Shown piece by piece: positions 17,183 to 26,419 of a stretch of 27,315 bases of DNA. The position numbers and the translations under genes are program-made. Each line of letters starts with the position of its first letter. The stretch's first letter is position 1. Below the pieces are notes generated by a model. That model was given only the letters and a program-made list of their open reading frames with translations. It had not been told where the DNA came from and searched no databases. Source of the stretch: a virus (taxonomy: Duplodnaviria > Caudoviricetes); the IMG/VR virus record IMGVR_UViG_3300031519_000174, positions 1 to 27,315 of that record, one strand, 5' to 3'.

Positions 17183-19915
17183 TTACTCAGGAAATGCTGC
17201 TCCTGTAGGTTGTACTATGAAGTCCAATACAATAAACTCAGCTGTCCTTGTTGGTTGGATAAATATCTGTCCAACAAGTTGATTTCTATCAACAACATCT
17301 GGTGTATTATTAGTATCGTCCATTACTACTCTGAATGCTGACAAACCACTATTGGCTTGAACTGATTCTAAGAAAGGATTCACGATATTCATAAAACGAT
17401 TTCGTGTTCCTGCAGTATTTTGTTCAAATACTAAATACCTACTTGAAGATGCAATAAACTTTTTAAGTTTAATTAACAATCTACGAACATTCACTCTATC
17501 AAGTGCTGATGGTCTAGCCTGTAAGGTTTTTTGTCCCCACACACATACACCTTGACCAGGGAAAGAAGCGATTGGATTAACTCTTTCTTCATAAAGGTCA
17601 TCCCTTTCTGAATGAGTCAATCTTGTTTGTGCTTCTAACACACTTGTCAATCCACCACGATTCAAACCTGCTGGTGCGAACCATTCGTGGGCTACTTTAT
17701 CAGTAAATGCTATTACTCCAGGTAATACTACTGATGGCGGAACCCATACAGGTAATGATGTATTTCTATCAACAATCTTTACCCAAGGATAATAGGTTGC
17801 TGCGTAGTTTGTATCGAGTGCGGCTACAGCTGCTGTTGCAGTTGCTATTGTATCACCATACTTAGTAGCGTCCATTACATAGAAAGTATCACCACGAGCT
17901 TCACACTTAGAAATAGCGTGATTGGTAACCTTAGAATGTAATCCGTGAACTACTCCAGGAGTTACCAACATATTGATATCAAATTCATCAGGATTACTGA
18001 TTGCGTTAATAGCTTTCTTATAAGCTACTGAACCACCACTTGATGAGGTTGAAATATCAAACCCTTGTGTGTTTGCACTTGTAATGTCTGCTCCTACTAA
18101 CTTTGGTGCTGCTGGATTAACACTATCGAATCCACCTTGAAATGGAACAACGAACTTTCTCTGTTTAATATGAGAAAGTGTTAAGTTGACCTTTTCTGAT
18201 GCATCTGAGAATGTATCACCGAGTGTTGAAGCGTCTGCATGACCACTAAATTCTTCAATACTCATAGTAGTATGATTTCCACTACCAAAGTTATTTATTG
18301 GTGCCAAGTATTGTCCTGCGTCTGCGTTACCAAAATCATGTCCAAAGAATATATTACTATCAAATTCACCATTACTATTAACCTGTGTGTCTTTAAATGA
18401 CCAAGTTGGAATGGTTGTGTCTGAACTACCGAATGGATTTGATATTGCTGAGTGTCCCATTGGAACTACAGATACAGGCACTTCATTATCTGCAATTGCT
18501 TGGAAATCAAATACATAAATGTATTTAGACATATTTGGCCAATCACCATTATAAGTGAGTTTTCCATTTGCGTCTATGGTTACATATCTATCACCAATTC
18601 TTCTTGCAAAATAATTAGTACTTGTAGGATCAAAATTCAATCCATCAAATTGTTCTAATATATTGTCTTTGGTTTGATTATTATCATTTAATCCTGTCTG
18701 TCTTACTTGTAATGAAAACGAACCAAAATCACTACCAGCTATTGTACCGGCCTTCTTAACATTCAATATTGCGACTTTGTATTTGTTATTAACATCACTT
18801 CCATGTGAACGAGATTTAACTTTAAACAAGTTATACTTAGAATTGTTTATAGTTTGTGATTGTATAGATGGTGTACAAGCGTTATCATAAGTTGTTGCTA
18901 ATGAAATTGTTCCATCTTCTACACTCAAGTCATCAGTTGTTGTCCAAGCCTTTCCACTTTGTTCATACTTGAAGTTCTTATACAGATAAGCTGCTACTGT
19001 ATTTGTTCCAGATTTAGCTACTTGTGCATCCGTGCTAAATACCTCATCAATATATGATGCGTAAGTACTTCCTGTGTGAAATCCAAAAGTATAAGTTCTT
19101 GAGGTCAAACTATTTAATCCCCAATTACTACCACTTAATACAAGTGAAGCTGATGCCCAATTACCAGTAATCGTACTACCTTCTAAATCAGCTGCTCCAT
19201 TTGCTCCACCCCTTGATGGTGCCAATATTGCAAGTGTTGTAGATCCTACTGAAGCTGCTCCACCAGTTAATGTAGTAGTTGTACTACCTGAAGTAAATGT
19301 GAAACTATTTCCTGCTGTATTTGCACTAGATGCACTTATATGTAAGAAACCTGTTGCACGTGCTGCAGTTACACCGATAGTATTTGCTACTGCTGTCATT
19401 TTTGCTGCCAAATTAACAACACCAGTACTTCCAGTTGCTGCCAACGAAGAACTACCAACAAAGTAAAAGGTATTACCTACATCAGCAGGTACTGGTGCAT
19501 CCGATGCAATGAAATTGAACGATGTACCACCGAGTCCGACTAATGTAAATGTATCACCATCGCTCATGTTTGTAATATCAACACTACCAACCGCAGGTGA
19601 TGCTGCTGTAGTTGAACCTATCTTGATTGCCAATGAATCTGCTGTATATCCAGATGTGTTAAGAACACGAACTATCGTTACTTGTCCTGCACTTCTTAAA
19701 TATTGTTCGACTGCGTAAGGTGTGTAAAAACGTTTATCTGTTGATCCAAACATTTCTTCAAACTCAGGAAAATTCCTAATAATTGTAGGTACAAAAGCTG
19801 GGCCCTTTAAAGTAGGTCCAATTATTGCTGCTCCAATTTCTGCAATTCCTTGAGGAAGAAAAGATAAATCACGTTCTCTCGTAAATACACCCGGACTTAC
19901 GATTCTTTCTGCCAT
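17183..19915 (-). CDS. Tail sheath protein (T4 gp18-like)
   Basis: N-terminal SPGVFTRERDLS and GP..KGP. C-terminal YYPWV, VPPS, WFAPAGLNRG, NPI, WGQKTL, DRVNVRRL, QPTRTAEFI.LDF. Confidence 0.97.
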   Translation of the reverse strand: MAERIVSPGVFTRERDLSFLPQGIAEIGAAIIGPTLKGPAFVPTIIRNFPEFEEMFGSTDKRFYTPYAVEQYLRSAGQVTIVRVLNTSGYTADSLAIKIGSTTAASPAVGSVDITNMSDGDTFTLVGLGGTSFNFIASDAPVPADVGNTFYFVGSSSLAATGSTGVVNLAAKMTAVANTIGVTAARATGFLHISASSANTAGNSFTFTSGSTTTTLTGGAASVGSTTLAILAPSRGGANGAADLEGSTITGNWASASLVLSGSNWGLNSLTSRTYTFGFHTGSTYASYIDEVFSTDAQVAKSGTNTVAAYLYKNFKYEQSGKAWTTTDDLSVEDGTISLATTYDNACTPSIQSQTINNSKYNLFKVKSRSHGSDVNNKYKVAILNVKKAGTIAGSDFGSFSLQVRQTGLNDNNQTKDNILEQFDGLNFDPTSTNYFARRIGDRYVTIDANGKLTYNGDWPNMSKYIYVFDFQAIADNEVPVSVVPMGHSAISNPFGSSDTTIPTWSFKDTQVNSNGEFDSNIFFGHDFGNADAGQYLAPINNFGSGNHTTMSIEEFSGHADASTLGDTFSDASEKVNLTLSHIKQRKFVVPFQGGFDSVNPAAPKLVGADITSANTQGFDISTSSSGGSVAYKKAINAISNPDEFDINMLVTPGVVHGLHSKVTNHAISKCEARGDTFYVMDATKYGDTIATATAAVAALDTNYAATYYPWVKIVDRNTSLPVWVPPSVVLPGVIAFTDKVAHEWFAPAGLNRGGLTSVLEAQTRLTHSERDDLYEERVNPIASFPGQGVCVWGQKTLQARPSALDRVNVRRLLIKLKKFIASSSRYLVFEQNTAGTRNRFMNIVNPFLESVQANSGLSAFRVVMDDTNNTPDVVDRNQLVGQIFIQPTRTAEFIVLDFIVQPTGAAFPE

Positions 19916-19982
19916 TTTATTTCTCCTATTAATATTATGATTTAAATAACTTTATTAGCCCAAAAAGACTATGAATATTTTA

Positions 19983-19992
19983 TATAAATATC
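19983..19992 (-). promoter_or_regulatory. GATATTTATA putative phage promoter for the tail sheath gene
   Basis: Exact intergenic copy upstream of the sheath gene. Confidence 0.7.
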
Positions 19993-20030
19993 GTCTAAGT
20001 TTCTCAAACGATAGGTTTGATTGAGTTTAT

Positions 20031-20330
20031 TTAAATAGTCTCTGTAGTTTTTTCAGGTGTGGGTGTGAATACACCAGTTGTTGGATCTAAATTTCCAGGA
20101 CCATATTTTTCATTTAAACTTTTAACTAATGTTCGTTCACCTTCCTGAATTCCAGCATAATCAACTTCTAACTGAGCTTCTTGATTTTCTATTGTATCGA
20201 GTTGCTGTTGAACTAATAGTTTTTGAACTTTTAGTTGTCCAAATTGTAGTTGTTTTTGTTGATATGTTGTCTGAAGTTCCTTTAAAGATTTCAATTCATC
20301 TTCTGTGAATTTTATCTCTTGATTTGCCAT
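20031..20330 (-). CDS. Small coiled-coil phage protein
   Basis: 99 aa, Gln/Leu-rich heptads, ending KYGPGNLDPTTGVFTP. AAGGAG RBS. Confidence 0.8.
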   Translation of the reverse strand: MANQEIKFTEDELKSLKELQTTYQQKQLQFGQLKVQKLLVQQQLDTIENQEAQLEVDYAGIQEGERTLVKSLNEKYGPGNLDPTTGVFTPTPEKTTETI

Positions 20331-20390
20331 AACTTGTTCTCCTTGTTACTATTAATGGGTTTTAGTATAACTTATATACTTCTATTGTAT

Positions 20391-20409
20391 ATATATATTA
20401 AGTAAAAAT
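20391..20409 (-). repeat. 19-nt intergenic element ATTTTTACTTAATATATAT, copy 2 (upstream of the 99-aa ORF)
   Basis: Exact match to 5657-5675. Confidence 0.6.
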
Positions 20410-20411
20410 CT

Positions 20412-21122
20412 CTAATTCACTTTTTTCTTGAGAATTTCTACCTCTTGTTTTAATTCTTTGATTGATTCTATTAATAACGGAACGATTCTCTTGTAATCTA
20501 CTCCTAAATAACCATTTTTTCTCTCTATTACGATTTCAGGAATAATTTTTTGAACTTCTTGTGCAATAACTCCAACATCGTGTCCTCTTTCTTGTGCCCA
20601 AGCGGGTGATTTGTCATTCCAATCGAATTCCACACCTCTAATCTCACCTATCTTATCCAATGAACCTTGTATAACTTCTATATTGTCTTTAAGTCTTTCA
20701 TCTGATGAATTATATGCCACTACATCACCATCTGCTACTATATCACCACTTGAGGATATTTGTGCCATAGTGAGATGTGAAGCTGATGAACCACTTACAT
20801 CACCGGTGAATAATGCCTTACCGGCCTCTGACATATCCAATGTTAACGCGGTGATTGTTGATCCACCATCTTGTCCTTTAAATACAATATCTTTATTATT
20901 AGTAGCAGATTTTATAATGAAATCAGAAGCGTCTCTTTTAAATCTACCGAATTCAGTTCCATCATCTTTTAATATAACATCAGCACCATTGGCATCAAGA
21001 GAGATATCACCTACTACATCAAGTGTAAAATCACCTGCAATATTTGCAATATCTCCACTTAGTGTTAAATTATTTAGTATGGCATCACTACCAGATACTA
21101 TTACTTTTTTCCAATTTGGCAT
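20412..21122 (-). CDS. Short tail-fibre-type protein with a C-terminal peptidase S74 intramolecular chaperone
   Basis: SSDERLKDNI (auto-cleavage site), GVIAQEV, VDY..IVPLLIESIKEL coiled coil. GGGAG RBS. Confidence 0.9.
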   Translation of the reverse strand: MPNWKKVIVSGSDAILNNLTLSGDIANIAGDFTLDVVGDISLDANGADVILKDDGTEFGRFKRDASDFIIKSATNNKDIVFKGQDGGSTITALTLDMSEAGKALFTGDVSGSSASHLTMAQISSSGDIVADGDVVAYNSSDERLKDNIEVIQGSLDKIGEIRGVEFDWNDKSPAWAQERGHDVGVIAQEVQKIIPEIVIERKNGYLGVDYKRIVPLLIESIKELKQEVEILKKKVN

Positions 21123-21141
21123 TTAATTTATCTCCCTACGG

Positions 21142-21191
21142 TTGGATACTCTTTCGAGCCCACTTCCCAATGTCGCCAAACATCAGGCCAA
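21142..21191 (-). ncRNA. Candidate structured cis-regulatory RNA (three-way junction)
   Basis: P1 UUGG/CCAA; P2 CCUGAUGU/ACAUUGGG; junction AAGUGG; P3 GCUC-GAAA-GAGU. A GC-rich island in AT-rich DNA, ending 5 nt before the RBS. Confidence 0.6.
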
Positions 21192-21196
21192 TAAAG

Positions 21197-21484
21197 TTAA
21201 TCTTTTATCCAAAGTTCTCCATCTTTCACTATATTATTTTTGGATACTTTGTTATCAGAATTTTGTTTGTATTTTTTTAGTGAATCCGTTACTTCAGTTT
21301 TACTTCTACTTAAAATTCCTAACTGATTTTGTAATTTTTGAACTACTCTATTACCTAAACTCAAGTATTTTCCAGGTACCATTGAATTTGTTATGATATT
21401 CAGTAAAAACTCAATATCTTCTTTACTTAACTGAGATACTTCATCTTCAATTATTCTTTTTTTTCCATTAGTTGTAATTCCCAC
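21197..21484 (-). CDS. Small hypothetical protein between the two fibre genes (possible fibre chaperone)
   Basis: 95 aa with a GTG start and GAGGT RBS. Function inferred from position only. Confidence 0.7.
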   Translation of the reverse strand: MGITTNGKKRIIEDEVSQLSKEDIEFLLNIITNSMVPGKYLSLGNRVVQKLQNQLGILSRSKTEVTDSLKKYKQNSDNKVSKNNIVKDGELWIKD

Positions 21485-21502
21485 TTTGTAACCTCTTAAT
21501 TA

Positions 21503-23164
21503 TTATGAATAAATCCAAATAGTTCCATCGTTATTTATTGCTATTTCTCCTACTCCATACTCTTTGTCACCCTCTACAGGTGCACCATCATCACCAAGTG
21601 CCTTTGCAGTAACAACAAACTCTAATGGGGTAACTGCTGTTGCTGTATTCTTTACTTGTTTTGCTACAGACCATCTTTGTGAGTTAATGTCGTGATATAT
21701 TGCTGAACCACTATCTACAGCTGAACCACTTTGAACAATTAAACCGGCATCAACATTTGTTCCAGCTGAACCTGTTGCTGCAAATATAAATGCATCTCCA
21801 ACTGCAAGATTTGTTGTAGAGAGTGTTGTGGTATCACCATTAACTACCAAATCACCTTCGATAGTTGCGTTACCCGAAACATCAAGTGTTCCAGTTACAT
21901 GAACACCAGCTGTATCGGTATGTAATCTTACCGTATTTGCTGCTGATATTTTTACACTATCATCCGTTCCGAAATCTATAAATGTATCTGTTGCAGCTCT
22001 ACCAATTTTAAGTCCGGTATTGTAAATCGATGTAATAGTGGTTTGTGCTGCGTCTATATCGATTACCAACGTTCCATCACCTACTGTTGCTGTTAATCCA
22101 CCACCTGCTAAATCTGCTGGTGCTTCTACAGCAGGACCATTAGTTCCACCTACTAATATCACACCATTTGTAGACATTGCCAATGAACCGATGGCGTCTG
22201 TTCCACTATCTTGTGAAATCAATACTGCTTTATCAGTTAATGCACTGGCTCCTGTTCCACCTTCTGCCACTGCCAATACTGTATCTAATACTAGAGAATC
22301 AAAAGTTGCTGCTCCACTTGCACTTATCACAGAACCCGTTAGAGCTCCTACTGCTTCAAATTTTCCTCCGACATATCCATCGTTTGCTACATACAAGTCT
22401 CCACTTGCAGTAATATGTGTGGAAGCGTTAAACGAACTTGCTGAAACATGAAGTCCACCTACTATACCACCTTGTGCATTAAAATCAATATCATCTACAA
22501 ATAATTTTCTAAATGCTGTTCCACTTATACCCAAATCAATTGAACTATCGGCGTTTGGTTTTACATTTGCTCCACCTGCTGCCAATGTTATGTCTGCTGC
22601 TGCAGTTATTACCATATCCGTAGATACATCAATGGAGTCGTTAGCACCATCTATTTCTAACTTATCTACTCGTGTGCTTCCACCCCCTATTGTGAGTAAA
22701 TTTGCTGCATGAGTTAAGGTGATGTCACCTTCATTAAAATTAATAACTGCTCCAGTACCAAGAAATATATCACTAAATCCTGTTCCACTAACACCAAGTG
22801 CAATAGTATTATCAGCATTTGGTTTTACATTAGCTCCACCTGCTGCTAAAGTTATGTCTGCCGCTGCAGTTAAAACCATATCTGTGGATACATCAATGGA
22901 GTCATTTGCCCCATCTATTTCTAATTTATCTACCCTTACATTTCCACCTGCTATTGTGAGTAAATTTGCTGCGTGAGTTGCAGTTACATCACCACTATCA
23001 AAATTTATTACAGCACCACTATCTAAGAATAAGTCACTCCAATTTAAAGTTGTAGTTCCTAATGCCCCACCATCTGTTATTGTAGGTACTAAATTTCCAC
23101 TTGAACTTACGTGATTTAATTCGGCGGTGGATCCCGAAACTATCACTTTTCTCCATGTTGCCAT
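21503..23164 (-). CDS. Tail fibre / virion fibre protein with an internal duplication
   Basis: 553 aa, Gly/Ala/Thr-rich. Contains VAEGGTGA and L.V.GN..I.GDL.VNG.TTT fibre motifs. AGGAG RBS. Confidence 0.8.
   Translation of the reverse strand: MATWRKVIVSGSTAELNHVSSSGNLVPTITDGGALGTTTLNWSDLFLDSGAVINFDSGDVTATHAANLLTIAGGNVRVDKLEIDGANDSIDVSTDMVLTAAADITLAAGGANVKPNADNTIALGVSGTGFSDIFLGTGAVINFNEGDITLTHAANLLTIGGGSTRVDKLEIDGANDSIDVSTDMVITAAADITLAAGGANVKPNADSSIDLGISGTAFRKLFVDDIDFNAQGGIVGGLHVSASSFNASTHITASGDLYVANDGYVGGKFEAVGALTGSVISASGAATFDSLVLDTVLAVAEGGTGASALTDKAVLISQDSGTDAIGSLAMSTNGVILVGGTNGPAVEAPADLAGGGLTATVGDGTLVIDIDAAQTTITSIYNTGLKIGRAATDTFIDFGTDDSVKISAANTVRLHTDTAGVHVTGTLDVSGNATIEGDLVVNGDTTTLSTTNLAVGDAFIFAATGSAGTNVDAGLIVQSGSAVDSGSAIYHDINSQRWSVAKQVKNTATAVTPLEFVVTAKALGDDGAPVEGDKEYGVGEIAINNDGTIWIYS
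22490..23090 (-). repeat. 88-aa (264-nt) tandem duplication inside the fibre gene, about 2.3 units
   Basis: HAANLLTI.GG..RVDKLEIDGANDSIDVSTDMV.TAAADITLAAGGANVKPNAD occurs twice. The DNA word ATTGTGAGTAAATTTGCTGC starts at 22689 and 22953. Boundaries are approximate. Confidence 0.9.
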
Positions 23165-23193
23165 TATTACTCTCCTATATATAGAATGTTATT

Positions 23194-23203
23194 TATAAAT
23201 ATA
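23194..23203 (-). promoter_or_regulatory. TATATTTATA variant promoter for the 553-aa fibre gene
   Basis: Intergenic copy with one mismatch to the consensus. Confidence 0.55.
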
Positions 23204-23226
23204 AACATTCTAAATTTATGTTAATT

Positions 23227-24204
23227 TTATTCTGGTGGATTCTCATATCCTAAATACCAGGCATTTGAACCACTATATATCAACCCACCTGCTACCGCCG
23301 TTGGCATCGCACCATTTACTTCACCCAATACTAAAGCCTTTTCTTGGGTTGCCTTAAATACTAAATTATCCGAATTATCTTTGAAGATAAACAAATCACC
23401 ACTACCTACCGATGATTTAAATTCCCAACTCGAACCTGTTAGTTCATTGACACCACTTGCTTCTTTCCAAGTTGATGCTCCGTACTTAAATGCTGTACTA
23501 TCTAATAATAAACTTCCTGTTATCTGATGAGTTGATATTGATGGGTTATACCCAACTTTAGTCGAACCACTAATATTCAAACCAGTTGCTAAGGAAGTTC
23601 CTACATACTGGTATGTGGTCATATAAACATACTGAGAATCAGTTGGATCTGTATCTCCGTTTAGAAATTGAACGATACCAGTTTTATAATCAAAAACATA
23701 ATCATTAGTGGAAACGATATCACTCCCAGCCAAAGAACCAGTCTGTAAACTATGACTTACAGCAGTTGATTTATACAATACTGCTAAATATCCTGGTGTT
23801 GTATCTTCTGTGGTTGAACTTGCTAAAGATGATGCACCATATTTAGGTGATATAAAATTAGTTTGTTGATTAGAACTAATTAACTGAGCACCTATTCCAG
23901 CATCACTTCCTGTTGGATTTAGAAAGAACCAAACTTCATTGTTAAGATTTGATTTAGTCATTTTCTGTCTAAACCAATATTTCATTATATTGTTACCATC
24001 ATCTTGATAAATAGAACTGATGTCTGCACTCGAACTGAATGGTAATCCAGTCGATGGAATCTTGGATGCCTGTGTGAATATCTCTGATGCACCTAAATCT
24101 AATACATCTGTAAATGCCTCTTGGGCAGTAGTAAAGGTATTATGAGTATACCTTCTCGACGCGAGTAATCTACCTGATTTTGATCCTGAATCTATTAATC
24201 CCAT
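23227..24204 (-). CDS. Virion structural protein
   Basis: 325 aa, Ser/Thr/Gly-rich. DYVFDYKTGIVQF...YQYVG motif of the type seen in large-phage structural proteins; recurrent TGS/SGS. Confidence 0.65.
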   Translation of the reverse strand: MGLIDSGSKSGRLLASRRYTHNTFTTAQEAFTDVLDLGASEIFTQASKIPSTGLPFSSSADISSIYQDDGNNIMKYWFRQKMTKSNLNNEVWFFLNPTGSDAGIGAQLISSNQQTNFISPKYGASSLASSTTEDTTPGYLAVLYKSTAVSHSLQTGSLAGSDIVSTNDYVFDYKTGIVQFLNGDTDPTDSQYVYMTTYQYVGTSLATGLNISGSTKVGYNPSISTHQITGSLLLDSTAFKYGASTWKEASGVNELTGSSWEFKSSVGSGDLFIFKDNSDNLVFKATQEKALVLGEVNGAMPTAVAGGLIYSGSNAWYLGYENPPE

Positions 24205-24213
24205 TCTCTACCC

Positions 24214-26418
24214 CTAACTAAAACTCAAAGTTATTGCAGATATTGGTGCTGGATCACCCTTATATCTAACTATTACATAAAGTTCATTATCATCTGAATC
24301 TAAATACATACCATCACCATTTCGTATTGGGATGGTGTATGTTCCACTTGAAATGCCACCTCCAGTATTTCCGTATAAATCTATTGATGTTGCAAATGGA
24401 TTTTTAATATGGTCTTGTGATATATTGGCCTCTATTAAGTTACTTGTTGTTGCTGTTGGATCATAAATCCTTGCTCTACCCAATGCTGCATTATTACCAC
24501 TATTTTTTCCGGAACTCTCAAACAATATAGCACATGCTATACTATCAGCCGTAGTTGCGTTCCAAGCAACTAATGTTTTACTACTTAAATTGACCGTCAT
24601 ACTTGTTTTTGTATCACCATCGGTTTGAAATCTTCTAATGTAATATCTATATCCTGCACTACTTGCAGCTAAAGTATGATTCGTAAACCAATATCCATTA
24701 CTACCAGTTGGATCTACTAAGAATCCTGGTTTTACTTGTAAGTCATTTCCAATTAAAATTGCATCTCCATCATCATTGGTCTTATAACTATCGGTTGTAA
24801 AATATGCTCCATTGAATAGTTGAACATTATCTGCCAATACTATTCTAAAATCTTCTCCTGTAAATGTTTCTGTGGTATCTTGTAGTGCATTTGAATCATA
24901 TCCTTGAGCTCTACCATATACTCCTAAACTTCCACTATCAGCGTGCTGTCCAAATGTTCCTGCAGTATGGTATGAAATTGTCTGTGTGTCTAATGTGGTC
25001 TGTGATGACTCTCTATTTCTAGCCTTTGTAGCAACTGTAAATGATGTATCGGTTAATGTTCTTGAGGCCTGTATGGTATCACTCGTTCCACTATCGTATG
25101 AAACAGATGCTGAAAGTATTACAACATCATCATATCTTGGAACTCCACTATTTACAGCAGTAGTTCCATCACTTTCAAATACCCTACCACTTGTTTGAAT
25201 TGTTCCACCATTTGTAGAAGTTGTATCGTTGGATATGGTTGCAGTTCCTGTTACCGAACCAGCTGACATATCAGTTAAAGTTGTTGATGATGCATACAAC
25301 GGATTAAACAATCCTGTAATCTTCGTGGTTACTTCATATGTGGTGTCTAATAAATAAGGTGCACCACTTAAACTTCTTGATGTTGCAGTTAATGCTTTAT
25401 GTGTTGTTCCGACATCTGCAAGTGAATTGAGTCCTATTGCAGTATTAATCGTATCTCTTGGTGCCCAAAATCTTGTTTTTGTTGTCCCATCATTAAACAT
25501 AAAATCTGATTGTGAACCACTTTTTATTCCAACTTTTAAATCATGAAAACTATAATACCCACTCGATGAAACACTTGTAAACAATCCTTTGGATGCGTGG
25601 TATTTTCTCGTTAAAGAACCACTCATATCAGTTCCACCTACATCTATAAATTTACCATCTTGAAATGCTGCTGGTATAACAGCAGGTTGTGATGTTGCTA
25701 TTTTAGCTAAAGTTAATCCGTCTGTCGTTCCAAAAGAACTTACGGTATATTCGTGTGAGGATTGTGTGGTAAATGTATTTGATGCTGCTGTTGGTGTAGC
25801 TACGCTTCCTGTATCACTAAATGATTGTGATGCTATGACTCTGACGGAATATGGGGTTGCTGTACCATTTGTCAATGTTCCAAAACTAAATAATTCTGCG
25901 TCAGCTGAGGATTGAATAGTTGTTGAACCACCACTATTAGAATCAAAATCTATTTTATATGTCCCACCATTGTCGTGATATACTGAAATACCAGTAAAAA
26001 TTGTTCTACCTTGTCCTGACCAACCCCTATGGACTAAATAATCAATTGTGGCGTTACTCAATGAAGCGTGTTCCAATGGTAGATATCCAGATATTGTTGC
26101 AGTTGAACCTAAACTTGTTTCATTTGTATCTACACTATCAATAAATTTTGTATTTGGTGATGCATCTGATACATCTAATGAATGACTCATAGCACCTGCA
26201 ATAAATCTTAAAATTTCACTTACATTGGTTTCGTGTGTAAAATTATTAAAGTAACTTCCATCGAGACTTTCACCCCAATTATTCGAAGTAGGATATCCAT
26301 TCGTAATATTATTGGTAGTTATTGCCGCTGATGCAGAAGCTGCACCTAAATCAACAGTTAATGTTGATCCTGTTACAACTAATGGTGTTTTACGGATTTC
26401 CTTACCAATATATTTCAT
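24214..26418 (-). CDS. Large Ser/Thr-rich virion structural protein
   Basis: 734 aa, beta-strand-like S/T/G-rich composition, within the structural operon. Confidence 0.65.
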   Translation of the reverse strand: MKYIGKEIRKTPLVVTGSTLTVDLGAASASAAITTNNITNGYPTSNNWGESLDGSYFNNFTHETNVSEILRFIAGAMSHSLDVSDASPNTKFIDSVDTNETSLGSTATISGYLPLEHASLSNATIDYLVHRGWSGQGRTIFTGISVYHDNGGTYKIDFDSNSGGSTTIQSSADAELFSFGTLTNGTATPYSVRVIASQSFSDTGSVATPTAASNTFTTQSSHEYTVSSFGTTDGLTLAKIATSQPAVIPAAFQDGKFIDVGGTDMSGSLTRKYHASKGLFTSVSSSGYYSFHDLKVGIKSGSQSDFMFNDGTTKTRFWAPRDTINTAIGLNSLADVGTTHKALTATSRSLSGAPYLLDTTYEVTTKITGLFNPLYASSTTLTDMSAGSVTGTATISNDTTSTNGGTIQTSGRVFESDGTTAVNSGVPRYDDVVILSASVSYDSGTSDTIQASRTLTDTSFTVATKARNRESSQTTLDTQTISYHTAGTFGQHADSGSLGVYGRAQGYDSNALQDTTETFTGEDFRIVLADNVQLFNGAYFTTDSYKTNDDGDAILIGNDLQVKPGFLVDPTGSNGYWFTNHTLAASSAGYRYYIRRFQTDGDTKTSMTVNLSSKTLVAWNATTADSIACAILFESSGKNSGNNAALGRARIYDPTATTSNLIEANISQDHIKNPFATSIDLYGNTGGGISSGTYTIPIRNGDGMYLDSDDNELYVIVRYKGDPAPISAITLSFS

Positions 26419-26419
26419 A

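Noticed and set aside
9633-19915. Bacterial extracellular contractile injection system or tailocin
   Set aside because: Adjacent polA and thyX, fibre genes, a phage-type promoter motif and the absence of host genes favour a real phage genome.
21142-21191. Hammerhead ribozyme reading of the structured RNA (CUGAUG...GAAA)
   Set aside because: The core reads CUGAUGU rather than CUGANGA and sits within a stem. GAAA is a tetraloop, and stems II and III cannot be built in hammerhead order.
24202-24216. TAG GGG TAG AGA ATG puts the 734-aa and 325-aa structural genes in frame, suggesting amber recoding or readthrough
   Set aside because: The long genes translate intact under the standard code, and TAG also ends the S74 gene at its natural C-terminus. 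There is no evidence of code 15, and double readthrough is unlikely.
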